Below are positions 40,166-49,796 of a stretch of 64,000 nt of DNA, in pieces. Origin of the DNA: Bacteroidetes bacterium GWF2_29_10 (GTDB lineage: Bacteria > Bacteroidota > Bacteroidia > Bacteroidales > GWE2-29-8); NCBI GenBank assembly GCA_001768555.1, contig MEOD01000055.1:27473-91472 (forward strand). The letters run 5' to 3'. Position numbers and translations under genes: made by a program. How positions within the stretch are numbered: position 1 is the stretch's first letter; each line of letters starts with the position of its first letter. Under the pieces are notes generated by a model, which worked only from the letters and a program-made list of their open reading frames with translations, ran no database searches and was not told where the DNA came from.

Positions 40166-40477
40166 TTATATTTTTTTAAATAATGAATGTCCTAAAATTC
40201 CAGTATTGCTTAACAATACCCTTGTTGTTTCATTTGTAATAAATGAATATTTAAATTCTTTACCTTCTAATTTACAATACTTATCAAACGAAATGATTAT
40301 TTGAATATATGTTATGTCTATTTCGTCACAATCAGTACTTACTTCGATTGTTTTTGACGTGTTTGCTACGTCTAATAATTTTTCATGTAATTCTTTTGCA
40401 AAAAGGATATTAAGTTCTCCATCAATGTTAAGTGTACATTTATCTTTGTTTTTACTATAATTTTCTTTTATATTCAT
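40166..40477 (-). CDS. STAS-domain (anti-sigma antagonist-like) protein
   Basis: The 103-aa size, the pattern LNIDGELNILFAKELHEKL...IDITYIQIIISF and the che context support the call. No obvious phosphorylatable Ser motif is present. Confidence 0.4.
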   Translation of the reverse strand: MNIKENYSKNKDKCTLNIDGELNILFAKELHEKLLDVANTSKTIEVSTDCDEIDITYIQIIISFDKYCKLEGKEFKYSFITNETTRVLLSNTGILGHSLFKKI

Positions 40478-40506
40478 CTTTTTTATAATTTAATTTTATA
40501 ATTAAT

Positions 40507-42300
40507 TTAAAATAGTTCAAGATTATCATCATTGTTATCTTCATCTTTTCCATCTAAAAAGGATGTTTCTTTTATTACATCGAAAACGTCAATTTGGTTA
40601 TCGTCTGAAAAGCTATCATGTATATCTCTTTCGCTTTGCATTGTATAGTGAGTTTTAATATCTTTTATATTATCCAATTTATTTCCTTCTCCTTCTATTT
40701 TTAAATATCTCCTTAAATCAAAACATATGTTATTTAGAAAAAGAACCACACTTTCTATTTCTCTCTCAAAATAATCGTAATATTTAACATTTTTTATTGA
40801 TTCTTTTAATGAATCTGATGACAAATTACATTTGCTTGAAATTTTTCTTAATATTGAAAATACTTTTAAACTTTGTTCTGTAAGGTGATTTAATGTTTGT
40901 TCCGTTTTTTTTGCTATAACTTGAAAGTTGTTACTATAAATTATCTCTGAATATAATATTGTAACATTATTATTAAAATTAGAATTATGTTGAATGATGT
41001 TGCTGTATATTTTATCTATGATATCTATCTGACTGTTTATATCTTCCAACACAAAACCTATTTGTTTATTTATTAATATATAATTATCTTTGTTTGATTG
41101 AAAATTATATAAAAAGTTCACATTCTCAATTATTTCATTGTTACATTTTATAACTAAATTAATATTAGAAATTACTTGTGAAAATAAACTTTGCAATTGA
41201 TCATATTCATTATGATTATTATTTTGAGTTAAATCTGTTATGTTTTTTACCCAAGCATAGAGTTTCGTTTTTATTTCTAAATTTAAAGTATTATATTTTT
41301 CTGTAATATCAGCATCATTATCATAAACATTATCTGCAACAGTTGTTGTATTTAAACATATCTCATCAAATTGCTGTTTTATATTATCTATTGCTGTTTG
41401 AAACTCTTTATTTATAAGCGTTAATTGAGCTACTTGCAATTCAGCTATATCGGGTATCTTATACAGATATTTTTTATTAACTTCTTTTTTATTAAGTTCT
41501 TCTATTATTTCTTTATGAGTGTCATAGATATGATCTATTTTTTGGCGTATAATGTCATGGTATTGTAAGTTTGTTATAATTTTACTGATGTTTTTAGAAC
41601 TTTTAGAGTCTAATACATTAAGCTCATTAATATTAGATATTAATTCATTCTGATTTGCAAATGTAATTTCTAATAATCCTTCTATGTCATTATAAAGATG
41701 GTTTATATTGTAAATATTTATATCTCGTTTAAATTTTAGTTCTGAAACTTTATATTTTATTGCTTCTTTTAATTTATTAGTATTGGTATCTATATTTAAG
41801 TTTTCATTATTAACCAGAAATATAATATCATAAAGCTTATTTACAATTTCATCAATATTATCATGCTTATTGTCTTCATAATATGTTGCATTTAATTTTA
41901 AATTTGTAATTAGAAATTTTAAAGTCATTAGGTTTTGTTTAAAATTTCTTAAAGGAACAAACAACATGTTTACATTTGTCTCCATTTGCTCCATAATATT
42001 CATTATTGACTCTATTTCAGTTTGAAAACATTCAGTTTGTTGTTTTAATTGATATTGTAAATTTTTTAATTGATCATGGAATTTTTCTTCATTGATTAAT
42101 TGTTTGATTTCTTCTTTTTGTTTTGCTATATTTAAAATGTCCGAATTATATGCTTTTAAATTATTGTTAAGTATAACAAAATCATTGTTTGAGCATTCAT
42201 GCATTGCCAATATTTTTGCATCTATTTCGGATAATAGATTTACTATATCATTTATTGGTAAAATGCCTGTGTTTTCTATATGTTTAACTTCTTTTTCCAA
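40507..42300 (-). CDS. hypothetical helical/coiled-coil protein embedded in che operon
   Basis: 597 aa, N/I/K/E-rich and long-helix-like, with an acidic tail ending NLELF. No domain was recognised. Confidence 0.5.
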   Translation of the reverse strand: MEKEVKHIENTGILPINDIVNLLSEIDAKILAMHECSNNDFVILNNNLKAYNSDILNIAKQKEEIKQLINEEKFHDQLKNLQYQLKQQTECFQTEIESIMNIMEQMETNVNMLFVPLRNFKQNLMTLKFLITNLKLNATYYEDNKHDNIDEIVNKLYDIIFLVNNENLNIDTNTNKLKEAIKYKVSELKFKRDINIYNINHLYNDIEGLLEITFANQNELISNINELNVLDSKSSKNISKIITNLQYHDIIRQKIDHIYDTHKEIIEELNKKEVNKKYLYKIPDIAELQVAQLTLINKEFQTAIDNIKQQFDEICLNTTTVADNVYDNDADITEKYNTLNLEIKTKLYAWVKNITDLTQNNNHNEYDQLQSLFSQVISNINLVIKCNNEIIENVNFLYNFQSNKDNYILINKQIGFVLEDINSQIDIIDKIYSNIIQHNSNFNNNVTILYSEIIYSNNFQVIAKKTEQTLNHLTEQSLKVFSILRKISSKCNLSSDSLKESIKNVKYYDYFEREIESVVLFLNNICFDLRRYLKIEGEGNKLDNIKDIKTHYTMQSERDIHDSFSDDNQIDVFDVIKETSFLDGKDEDNNDDNLELF

Positions 42301-42456
42301 AACTAAATCAATTTAAAAAAGTGAAAAAATTTTCTACTAAATTATATATAAAATTTCAGAAATAAACAACTTTTGCATGCTTTTTTTAGAATCATGTTAA
42401 AAATACACTTTTTAACGTAACAAGTCTACGAATAAATACTTAACTTTCAAAAGGAT

Positions 42457-42482
42457 GTCCCAATATATGAGAATATTGGGAC
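42457..42482 (-). terminator. perfect 10-bp stem hairpin downstream of the MCP gene (terminator/attenuator candidate)
   Basis: gtcccaatat-atgaga-atattgggac. On the minus-strand transcript it lies about 44 nt after the MCP stop and is followed by atccttttg. Confidence 0.45.
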
Positions 42483-42525
42483 TGAGTTTGTTATAAAGCT
42501 TGCCTAAACTATTATGAGCAACTTC

Positions 42526-45084
42526 TTAAAATCTTTCATAATCCTTATCAATTAAATCCTTGCTCATGTTTAATGTAATACCATTTCCCGTGTTCCTATT
42601 AACCTTTTGCGAATCGTTTTGATATACTTTTCCTCCAGTTTGTTTTGAAAATTTATGTTCTTGTCTTAATTTATTATCAGATGTTTTTTTCTTTAAATCA
42701 TTTTCTAGTTTAAAAAAAGATATACTTTCTAATAATTTTTCAGCTTGACCTGATAATTCTTCTGAACCTGTTGCCATCTCTTCTGATGCTGCAGCATTTT
42801 GTTGGGTAACCTTATTTAGTTGCTGTATTGCATTATTTATTTGCTCAGCACCAGATGTTTGTTCTATACTTGCTGCTGTTATTTCTTGCACCAGTTTTGC
42901 TGTCTTTTGTATTTCTGGGGCTATAGCATTCATCAAACTCCCAGCTTCTTCTGTTGATTTAACACTAATTTTAGTTAATGCATCAATTTCTACTGCCGAT
43001 GCCTGACTGCGTTCTGCTAGTTTCCTAACCTCTGCTGCTACAACAGCAAACCCTTTTCCATGTTCTCCTGCTCGAGCAGCTTCAACAGCAGCATTAAGAG
43101 CTAAAATGTTTGTTTGACGCGCTATTTCTCCTATTATTGAAACTTTTTCTGCTATTTCTTTCATTTTATCTAAAGTTTCCTTTGCTGCTAGTGCTACTTT
43201 ATTAATACCTTCTGCTGCATTTAATGCAATCTTTTCTGTTTGTTGTGAATTATCTGTGTTTTGTTGAATATTTGATGCCATTTCTTCCATAGATGATGAA
43301 ACCTCTTCTGCTGAGCTTGCTTGTTCGCTTGCTCCTTGCGACATCTCTATAGATGTAGTGCTCATTTGTTGACTTGCATTTGCTATATTATCTGCGGCTC
43401 CTTTAAAATCTTCTAATATGCGAGTGATAGATATTAACATCTCTTTAAGAGAGTGCATTAATAAATCATCATCAGAACGTTTTTCTATAGAAACTGTCAA
43501 ATCTCCATTTGCAATTAAATTTGCCTTATTTGCAATATCTTTTAACGCATCCATTAACATTATTATTGAAGGCATTAATTGATCATTTTCACACCTTTTA
43601 CCTATTCTTTTCAAATCATCGTATTCATTCATGTCGCCTTTAGCTAACTTAATTATGATATTAATAGTATGATCAACACGATCTTTAACATAATTAATAG
43701 ATTCTGCCGTTTTTGCAAATATTCCTAAATAACGACCTTCTACTTTTTTTGTATAATCATTTTGTGCCATCATTTCTAATACTTCTGATGATTCTACTAA
43801 ACCTCCCAGACCATCAATACACATGTTTAAATTATTTTTTATTTCATTAAAATCTCCATTATAATTATCTGTAATTTTTGGAGGAATATCGCCTTTTGCA
43901 ATACGGTCAACATATTCTGCCGCAACATTTAATGGACCTATTACGGCATCAAGGGTGCTGTTAAGACCATTAACAATAGGTGCAAATTCAAAGCTAATGT
44001 CATCTGTACTTGCTCGTGTATTTAAATTGCCATTTATTGCAGATTGTGTTGCATCTTTTATTTTGTCAATTATTTTTGATAAATTATAATTTAAATTTTT
44101 AATAGAAAAAAATAGAACAATTAAAATAATTAATGTTGATAATAATAAAGAAACTATCACTGTATTTCTTATTATTGCAAGATGGGCATACATATCCTCA
44201 GTATAAAAACCAACTGTAATATAGCTGTCAATTTCTTTTATATATTTAAAGTATTGAGTTTTTTCTTTACCTTCCCATTCATACAAAACTTTACCTTCTA
44301 TATTTTTTTTCATTTCCTCAAACCATTTATATTTAGCTACACTTACTCCTACAGAAGTAGGATGTCCTGTTAAAATCCCATCTGAATTAACAATATATGG
44401 ATAACCTGAACCAAAATAATTTTTTGTTGCGTAATACTTACTTATTGCTTCAAAATCTAGGTCTTGATTTCCTACATAAAGAATCCCTTTTATTTCTCCA
44501 TCAATAATAATAGGATGGTAGTTTGTTAAATACCATTTGTCAACCACAAAAGCTCTGCCTTGGTAACGTTGGCCTCTTTCTATTGATTGCACAACAGGAC
44601 TATTAAAGTCGATGAAAGTACCAATAGCTCTTTGACCATTAGCTTCAATAACATTTGTTGCAACTCTTATGTATCCATTTTCAAATTTTTGAAAGATTGT
44701 AACAGTTCCAACACCTGTTGCTTTTATTGCGTCAACTATATCAGAATTGTTTTGAATAGTTTTTCCTTTTATTGTCCATTGTTTTAGTTTTATGTTATTA
44801 ATGTTAACATAATCTTTGTTAGACTCGGTTATATTTCCAAGGCTATTAAGATATTGTAGCGCAAAATTCATATCTGAATTTACTTTTGCTTTATTTGCAT
44901 TAAATTCAAGCAAAATCGAGCTTTCTAAATTCAATATGTTTTCTTGCATACTATCGTCAGTGTTTTTTAATGTTAATTTTCTAAGATCAGAAATTAAGTA
45001 CACACCGAATGCAATAAAGACTATTAGTAAAGTACTCGCGATACTAATGTTTAGTCGTGTTCCAATTTTCATTTTTTCAAACAT
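42526..45084 (-). CDS. methyl-accepting chemotaxis protein (double-Cache-type sensor, HAMP repeats, MCP signalling domain)
   Basis: TM1, periplasmic Cache-like region ([19 protein letters not shown]...GQRAIGT), TM2, HAMP-like segments, the tip motif [40 protein letters not shown], and the terminal pentapeptide DYERF. Confidence 0.9.
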   Translation of the reverse strand: MFEKMKIGTRLNISIASTLLIVFIAFGVYLISDLRKLTLKNTDDSMQENILNLESSILLEFNANKAKVNSDMNFALQYLNSLGNITESNKDYVNINNIKLKQWTIKGKTIQNNSDIVDAIKATGVGTVTIFQKFENGYIRVATNVIEANGQRAIGTFIDFNSPVVQSIERGQRYQGRAFVVDKWYLTNYHPIIIDGEIKGILYVGNQDLDFEAISKYYATKNYFGSGYPYIVNSDGILTGHPTSVGVSVAKYKWFEEMKKNIEGKVLYEWEGKEKTQYFKYIKEIDSYITVGFYTEDMYAHLAIIRNTVIVSLLLSTLIILIVLFFSIKNLNYNLSKIIDKIKDATQSAINGNLNTRASTDDISFEFAPIVNGLNSTLDAVIGPLNVAAEYVDRIAKGDIPPKITDNYNGDFNEIKNNLNMCIDGLGGLVESSEVLEMMAQNDYTKKVEGRYLGIFAKTAESINYVKDRVDHTINIIIKLAKGDMNEYDDLKRIGKRCENDQLMPSIIMLMDALKDIANKANLIANGDLTVSIEKRSDDDLLMHSLKEMLISITRILEDFKGAADNIANASQQMSTTSIEMSQGASEQASSAEEVSSSMEEMASNIQQNTDNSQQTEKIALNAAEGINKVALAAKETLDKMKEIAEKVSIIGEIARQTNILALNAAVEAARAGEHGKGFAVVAAEVRKLAERSQASAVEIDALTKISVKSTEEAGSLMNAIAPEIQKTAKLVQEITAASIEQTSGAEQINNAIQQLNKVTQQNAAASEEMATGSEELSGQAEKLLESISFFKLENDLKKKTSDNKLRQEHKFSKQTGGKVYQNDSQKVNRNTGNGITLNMSKDLIDKDYERF

Positions 45085-45183
45085 AATTTTTAAATTTTAA
45101 GGTTTATTATTATTATTTATCTAATTATATGCAAATTAAATCTAGGTTTACATGTTATTTATCGTAATCAGTGATAATTTACA

Positions 45184-45191
45184 CAAATATA
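45184..45191 (-). promoter_or_regulatory. Bacteroidota-type -7 box (TATATTTG on minus strand) upstream of the che operon
   Basis: The reverse complement of caaatata matches TAnnTTTG, about 100 nt upstream of the MCP ATG at 45084. Confidence 0.3.
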
Positions 45192-45490
45192 TACTAAATT
45201 TTTCTAATAAAGTCAAGTTTTTCGGGTTATTTTTCTAATTATGATGAAAATACAACTTATATCGTAGCTTTGATAAGTGATATTACAGATAGTATACAAA
45301 ATATAGATACAGGTAAACACCTAATTGTTTATTTTGCTATATTTTCTTAAAAGAAAAGTAGTTAGATGATGCCGTTGCAATAAGTATGATTTAATAATTA
45401 AATTATTGAATTGTACTTTTGCAAAGGCCTTGATATTTTGAATTAATACCTAAACGCTATCATAATACCCACAATAATTAAATATCCTAA

Positions 45491-45557
45491 AACACCGTAG
45501 GTGTGAAATTATTATAGCAAAACAAATAACGCAAACACATTAAACACCGTAGGTGTG
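45491..45557. promoter_or_regulatory. two copies of hairpin/operator-like motif aacaccgtaggtgtg
   Basis: Identical 15-mers at 45491-45505 and 45543-45557 (52 bp start to start). Each has 5-bp inverted arms, ACACC/GGTGT, around GTA. Confidence 0.3.
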
Positions 45558-45702
45558 GCATTATCCATTTATACAAAAATCTAAATTACAAACTTGATAG
45601 CAATTTGGTATAATAAGTATTTATAGTTTTTTTTATGGTATAAAAGTAGGTTTTCAGGTTGTTTTTATGTGCTTTCACATAGGTTCGAAAAGATTTTTCA
45701 CT

Positions 45703-46017
45703 CGCTATCTATTTCTCCGAGGTCGCTATCTATTTCTCCAAGGTCACTATCTATTTCTCCAAGGTCACTATCTATTTCTCCAAGGTCACTATCTATTTCT
45801 CCAAGGTCGCTATCTATTTCTCCAAGGTCGCTATCTATTTCTCCGAGGTCGCTATCTATTTCTTCGAGGTCGCTATCTATTTCTCCGAGGTCGCTATCTA
45901 TTTCTCCGAGGTGAAACTCTATTTCTTCGAGGTCACACTCTATTTCTTCGAGGTCACACTCTATTTCTTCGAGGTGAAACTCTATTTCTTCGAGGTCACT
46001 ATCTATTTCTTCAGGGT
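45703..46017. repeat. 15 x 21 bp head-to-tail tandem array
   Basis: Units were counted directly. The consensus is cRctatctatttctcc(g/a)aggt for units 1-10, with variant units (gaaactc/cacactc...ttcttcgaggt) for 11-14. There are no spacers. Confidence 0.95.
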
Positions 46018-46101
46018 TTCGTTTCGTTTTTGTAACATTAAACACCCTTTTTTCGTCATAAATACCAGTCCCTTAGCCAAAAAACATCAATTACAAAAAC
46101 T

Positions 46102-46776
46102 TCATATCTTGGCGCCTTTTTCTCCTATCCGATTATCACTATTCACAACGTCTATAAACTCCGACAAAATCATTGCCGTTGCACCCCAAACAACATGCCC
46201 CGAAACATCATAATAAGGAATACGAAAGTCTATATTATCAAGATGCATTTCACTATATTTTACATTTGATTCATTTAAAAGAGGCTCTAATTCACCAAAA
46301 ATAATTTCCGCAACCTCTTCTTGATCTCCCTCAAACAACGGATTCCCTTTATAGTAACAAACAAACGGATAAACAACAAAATTACTCACTGGAATATATA
46401 ATTCCGATAACTGCCCTAAAAGCTCCACCTGTTCAATATTGACATTAATCTCCTCCTTTGCCTCTCTCAATGCCGTTTGTGCATTATCTCTATCTATAAC
46501 TTCTTTCTTTCCCCCGGGAAAACTTATCTGCCCACTATGCTTACTCCTATTATCAATCGCTCGCTTCGTTAAAACCACACTAACTCTCGATTCATATTCA
46601 CACAAAATAATCAACACACTACTTTCAATCGGCAAACTATTATGCTTCAGCTTTTGGATATAATGCTCAACAGTATCTGGCATCATCTTCTTATGTGACT
46701 CCTTATTGAGTAAAGGCAATGCTAATTTATCTTTAATATTATTCTTTAAATCTATAATATCCAATTTATTCAACAT
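46102..46776 (-). CDS. NUDIX hydrolase (CoA pyrophosphatase-like)
   Basis: Nudix box GQISFPGGKKEVIDRDNAQTALREAKEEINV. Confidence 0.7.
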   Translation of the reverse strand: MLNKLDIIDLKNNIKDKLALPLLNKESHKKMMPDTVEHYIQKLKHNSLPIESSVLIILCEYESRVSVVLTKRAIDNRSKHSGQISFPGGKKEVIDRDNAQTALREAKEEINVNIEQVELLGQLSELYIPVSNFVVYPFVCYYKGNPLFEGDQEEVAEIIFGELEPLLNESNVKYSEMHLDNIDFRIPYYDVSGHVVWGATAMILSEFIDVVNSDNRIGEKGAKI

Positions 46777-46785
46777 TTAATACAA

Positions 46786-49674
46786 TTAACCACAACAAAC
46801 ATTTTCCTTGAGTTTCTCTTCCAAATAAACCGAAGTTTTTGACGATTTATCTTTAACTAAATCCTCTGGGGTTCCCTCAAAGATTATTTCCCCGCCCTTA
46901 TCTCCTCCTTCTGGACCTATATCTATAATCCAATCTGCGCATTTAATAACATCTATATTATGCTCTATAACTATTATTGAATGACCATACTCTATTAAAG
47001 CATTAAATGAATACAACAGCTTGTTTATATCATGAAAATGCAACCCCATTGTTGGTTCATCAAAGATAAATAAAATATGTTGATCACTCGAACCCTTTGT
47101 CAGAAATGAAGCCAACTTTATACGTTGTGCCTCTCCTCCACTTAACGTGCTTGACGCTTGTCCCAACTTTATATAACCCAAACCTACATCCGACAAGTAT
47201 TTCAACTTATCCACAATTTTTGTCTCCAAATGTTCATGCTTTTTATTAAATGGAGCCCTGAAAAAGTCTATCGACTCATCAACCGTCATTTCCAAAACAT
47301 CATAAATATTCTTCCCCTTATAATCAACCTCTAAAACATCTTCTTTATAACGCTTTCCATTACACGAATCACATTTCAACTTAACATCTGCCATAAATTG
47401 CATCTCTATTGTAATAAAGCCTTCGCCCTCGCATTCCTCACATCTCCCTCCTTCAACGTTAAAAGAGAAATAACCTGGCTTATAACCCCTCACTTTTGAC
47501 AATTGCTGCTCCGCAAACAATGTGCGTATATCATCAAACGCCTTTATATAAGTAACCGGATTTGAACGCGAAGATTTCCCTATAGGGTTTTGATCTATAA
47601 ATTCTATGCTACTTATCTGTTTTAAATCAAATTCAATATTAACACACTTCCCCTTTTTCTCAATGTAACCACCAAACTGCTTTTTCAAATTGGAATACAA
47701 TGTATGACGTATCAACGACGTTTTCCCCGAACCACTAACTCCTGTAACCACTGTCAATACCCTTAAAGGAATCTTAACATCAAAACCTTTCAAGTTGTTT
47801 TCCCTAGCTCCCAATATATTTATATACTCTCGCCATTTCCTTCGCTTTTCAGGAACTTCTATGCACAGCTCGTTTCTCAAATACTTTGCCGTTAAAGAAT
47901 TACTTTCCTTCATTAAATCTTCAAACAAACCTGCAAAAACAACTTCACCTCCCAAGTTTCCTGCCATTGGTCCCATATCTATAATATAATCCGCAGCTCT
48001 CATTATCGCCTCATCATGCTCCACAACTATTACCGTATTCCCCAAATCTCTCAATTGCCTAAGCACTATTATCAATCGCTCGGTATCTTTTGAATGCAAA
48101 CCAATGCTTGGCTCATCTAAAATATACATCGAATCAACCAGTCCTCCTCCTATTGACGTCGCTAAATTTATCCTTTGCGATTCGCCTCCTGACAATGTTG
48201 ACGAAGACCTATTTAATGTCAAATAACCCAAACCTACATTATTCAAAACCTCTAACCTATTTTCCATTTCTATTAACAAACGCTTCGAAATACTCTTCTC
48301 AAAATCACCTAAAACAATGCCTCGCATAAAAACAAGTAAATCACTTATCGGCATATTAACCAAATCTGTGATGTTCTTCCCTCCAACATAAACATAATTT
48401 GCATCAGGACGAATGCGTGAACCATTACAATCCGGACAAATCGTCTTTCCCCTATACTTTGACAACATTACCCTATATTGTATCTTATATGACTGTTCCT
48501 CTATATACTTGAAAAATCCATTAATCCCAACCCATTCACCTTCGCCTTTCCATAAGTAATTTTTCTCCGACTCCGTTAAATAAACGTAAGACCTGTGCAC
48601 TGGAAAGTTTCGCTTCTCCGCAAACTTTATAAAAAACATCTTAAACTCCTGCATCTTCTCTCCCTTCCACGCTGCTACTGCATCATCATAAATCGACAAT
48701 TCCCTGTTAGGAACAACCAAATCTTCATCAATACCTATCGTAGTCCCAAATCCTTCACATTTTGGGCAAGCTCCATAAGGACTGTTAAAGCTAAAGAAAT
48801 TTGCACTCGGCTCCTCATAAACAACTCCATCGTCCTCAAACTTATCAGTAAACTTATTCAATGACTTCGTCCCATCAATATCCAGTAAAATATAACATTG
48901 CCCCAAACCCTCATACAACGCCGTCTCTACCGAGTTGTATATACGCTGATTATCCTGATCCGTTATTTGCTCCTTTATTATTAACCTGTCAACCAAAACA
49001 TGCAAATCCTTACTCTTTCCCAAAAGCTTCGGATTCTTTATCAGGTCAACAATCTGCACAATCTCCTCCTTAAAATAAACTCGCGAATAACCCTGTGATT
49101 GCAGCAATTTCAAATAATCTATCCATTTACTAACATTATCATTCGCAACCTTAAATAACAAAAAAATCTTACTTCCATTCGGTTGTCCAACTATAAAGTT
49201 AACGATATCCTTTGCGCTACTCTTCTTTACAACATTCCCTGTCGTTGGCGAAATCGTTTGCCCTATTGACGTAAATAACATTTTGACATACTCATAAACC
49301 TCCGTTGAGGTCCCAACCGTAGAACGAGGATTTCTTATATTAACTTTCTGCTCTATCGCAACAGCCGGCGACAATCCATAAATATACTCAACATCTGGCT
49401 TATCTATCTTCCCCAAAAACTGCCTAACATAACTCGACAAACTTTCAACATATCGCCTCTGTCCCTCCGCATACAACGTATCATAAGCCAATGACGACTT
49501 CCCCGAACCTGATAATCCTGTTATAACAACAAACTTATTACGAGGAATAAAAACATCTATATTCTTTAAATTATGTTGCTTTACACCCTTTAAAACTATA
49601 AAATCCTTATAATCTTCCTCTATTTTTGCTTTATCTTCTTCCACTTTTTTGTATTTTTTTGCAAATTTAAACAT
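46786..49674 (-). CDS. uvrA: excinuclease ABC subunit A
   Basis: Two ABC modules (GLSGSGKSSL, GVSGSGKTSL; LSGGESQR, LSGGEAQR), zinc-finger cysteines (CPKCEGFG, CEECEGEG) and YVESLSSYVRQF. Confidence 0.9.
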   Translation of the reverse strand: MFKFAKKYKKVEEDKAKIEEDYKDFIVLKGVKQHNLKNIDVFIPRNKFVVITGLSGSGKSSLAYDTLYAEGQRRYVESLSSYVRQFLGKIDKPDVEYIYGLSPAVAIEQKVNIRNPRSTVGTSTEVYEYVKMLFTSIGQTISPTTGNVVKKSSAKDIVNFIVGQPNGSKIFLLFKVANDNVSKWIDYLKLLQSQGYSRVYFKEEIVQIVDLIKNPKLLGKSKDLHVLVDRLIIKEQITDQDNQRIYNSVETALYEGLGQCYILLDIDGTKSLNKFTDKFEDDGVVYEEPSANFFSFNSPYGACPKCEGFGTTIGIDEDLVVPNRELSIYDDAVAAWKGEKMQEFKMFFIKFAEKRNFPVHRSYVYLTESEKNYLWKGEGEWVGINGFFKYIEEQSYKIQYRVMLSKYRGKTICPDCNGSRIRPDANYVYVGGKNITDLVNMPISDLLVFMRGIVLGDFEKSISKRLLIEMENRLEVLNNVGLGYLTLNRSSSTLSGGESQRINLATSIGGGLVDSMYILDEPSIGLHSKDTERLIIVLRQLRDLGNTVIVVEHDEAIMRAADYIIDMGPMAGNLGGEVVFAGLFEDLMKESNSLTAKYLRNELCIEVPEKRRKWREYINILGARENNLKGFDVKIPLRVLTVVTGVSGSGKTSLIRHTLYSNLKKQFGGYIEKKGKCVNIEFDLKQISSIEFIDQNPIGKSSRSNPVTYIKAFDDIRTLFAEQQLSKVRGYKPGYFSFNVEGGRCEECEGEGFITIEMQFMADVKLKCDSCNGKRYKEDVLEVDYKGKNIYDVLEMTVDESIDFFRAPFNKKHEHLETKIVDKLKYLSDVGLGYIKLGQASSTLSGGEAQRIKLASFLTKGSSDQHILFIFDEPTMGLHFHDINKLLYSFNALIEYGHSIIVIEHNIDVIKCADWIIDIGPEGGDKGGEIIFEGTPEDLVKDKSSKTSVYLEEKLKENVCCG

Positions 49675-49796
49675 TCAACTCCAAATACAAACAATATTCA
49701 AACTCTTTTACAAAAAAAACAAACCATAAACCCAAATTGTCCATTAGAGAAACGCCCTAAATATTTTTACATTTATAACATCATTAAATTGGTTGC

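Noticed and set aside
29677-45084. Calling the cluster a classical flagellar chemotaxis operon
   Set aside because: No flagellar, motor or CheZ/CheC genes are visible in the window, and the accessory content is atypical. The controlled output cannot be assigned from this sequence alone.
45703-46017. Possible CRISPR array, because of many regularly spaced repeats
   Set aside because: The units are directly abutting 21-mers with no unique spacers between them. No cas genes are nearby. It is a simple tandem repeat.
45667-46035. Plus-strand ORFs of 122, 81 and 100 aa across the repeat (RYLFLRG, SLSISPR and related frames) as separate genes
   Set aside because: Several overlapping frames are open only because a stop-free 21-bp unit is iterated. 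They cannot all be genes. They are reported once as a repeat, with the coding question left open.
47795-49073. Five plus-strand ORFs (64-89 aa) opposite uvrA
   Set aside because: They are antisense shadow ORFs within a highly conserved gene and have no recognisable features.
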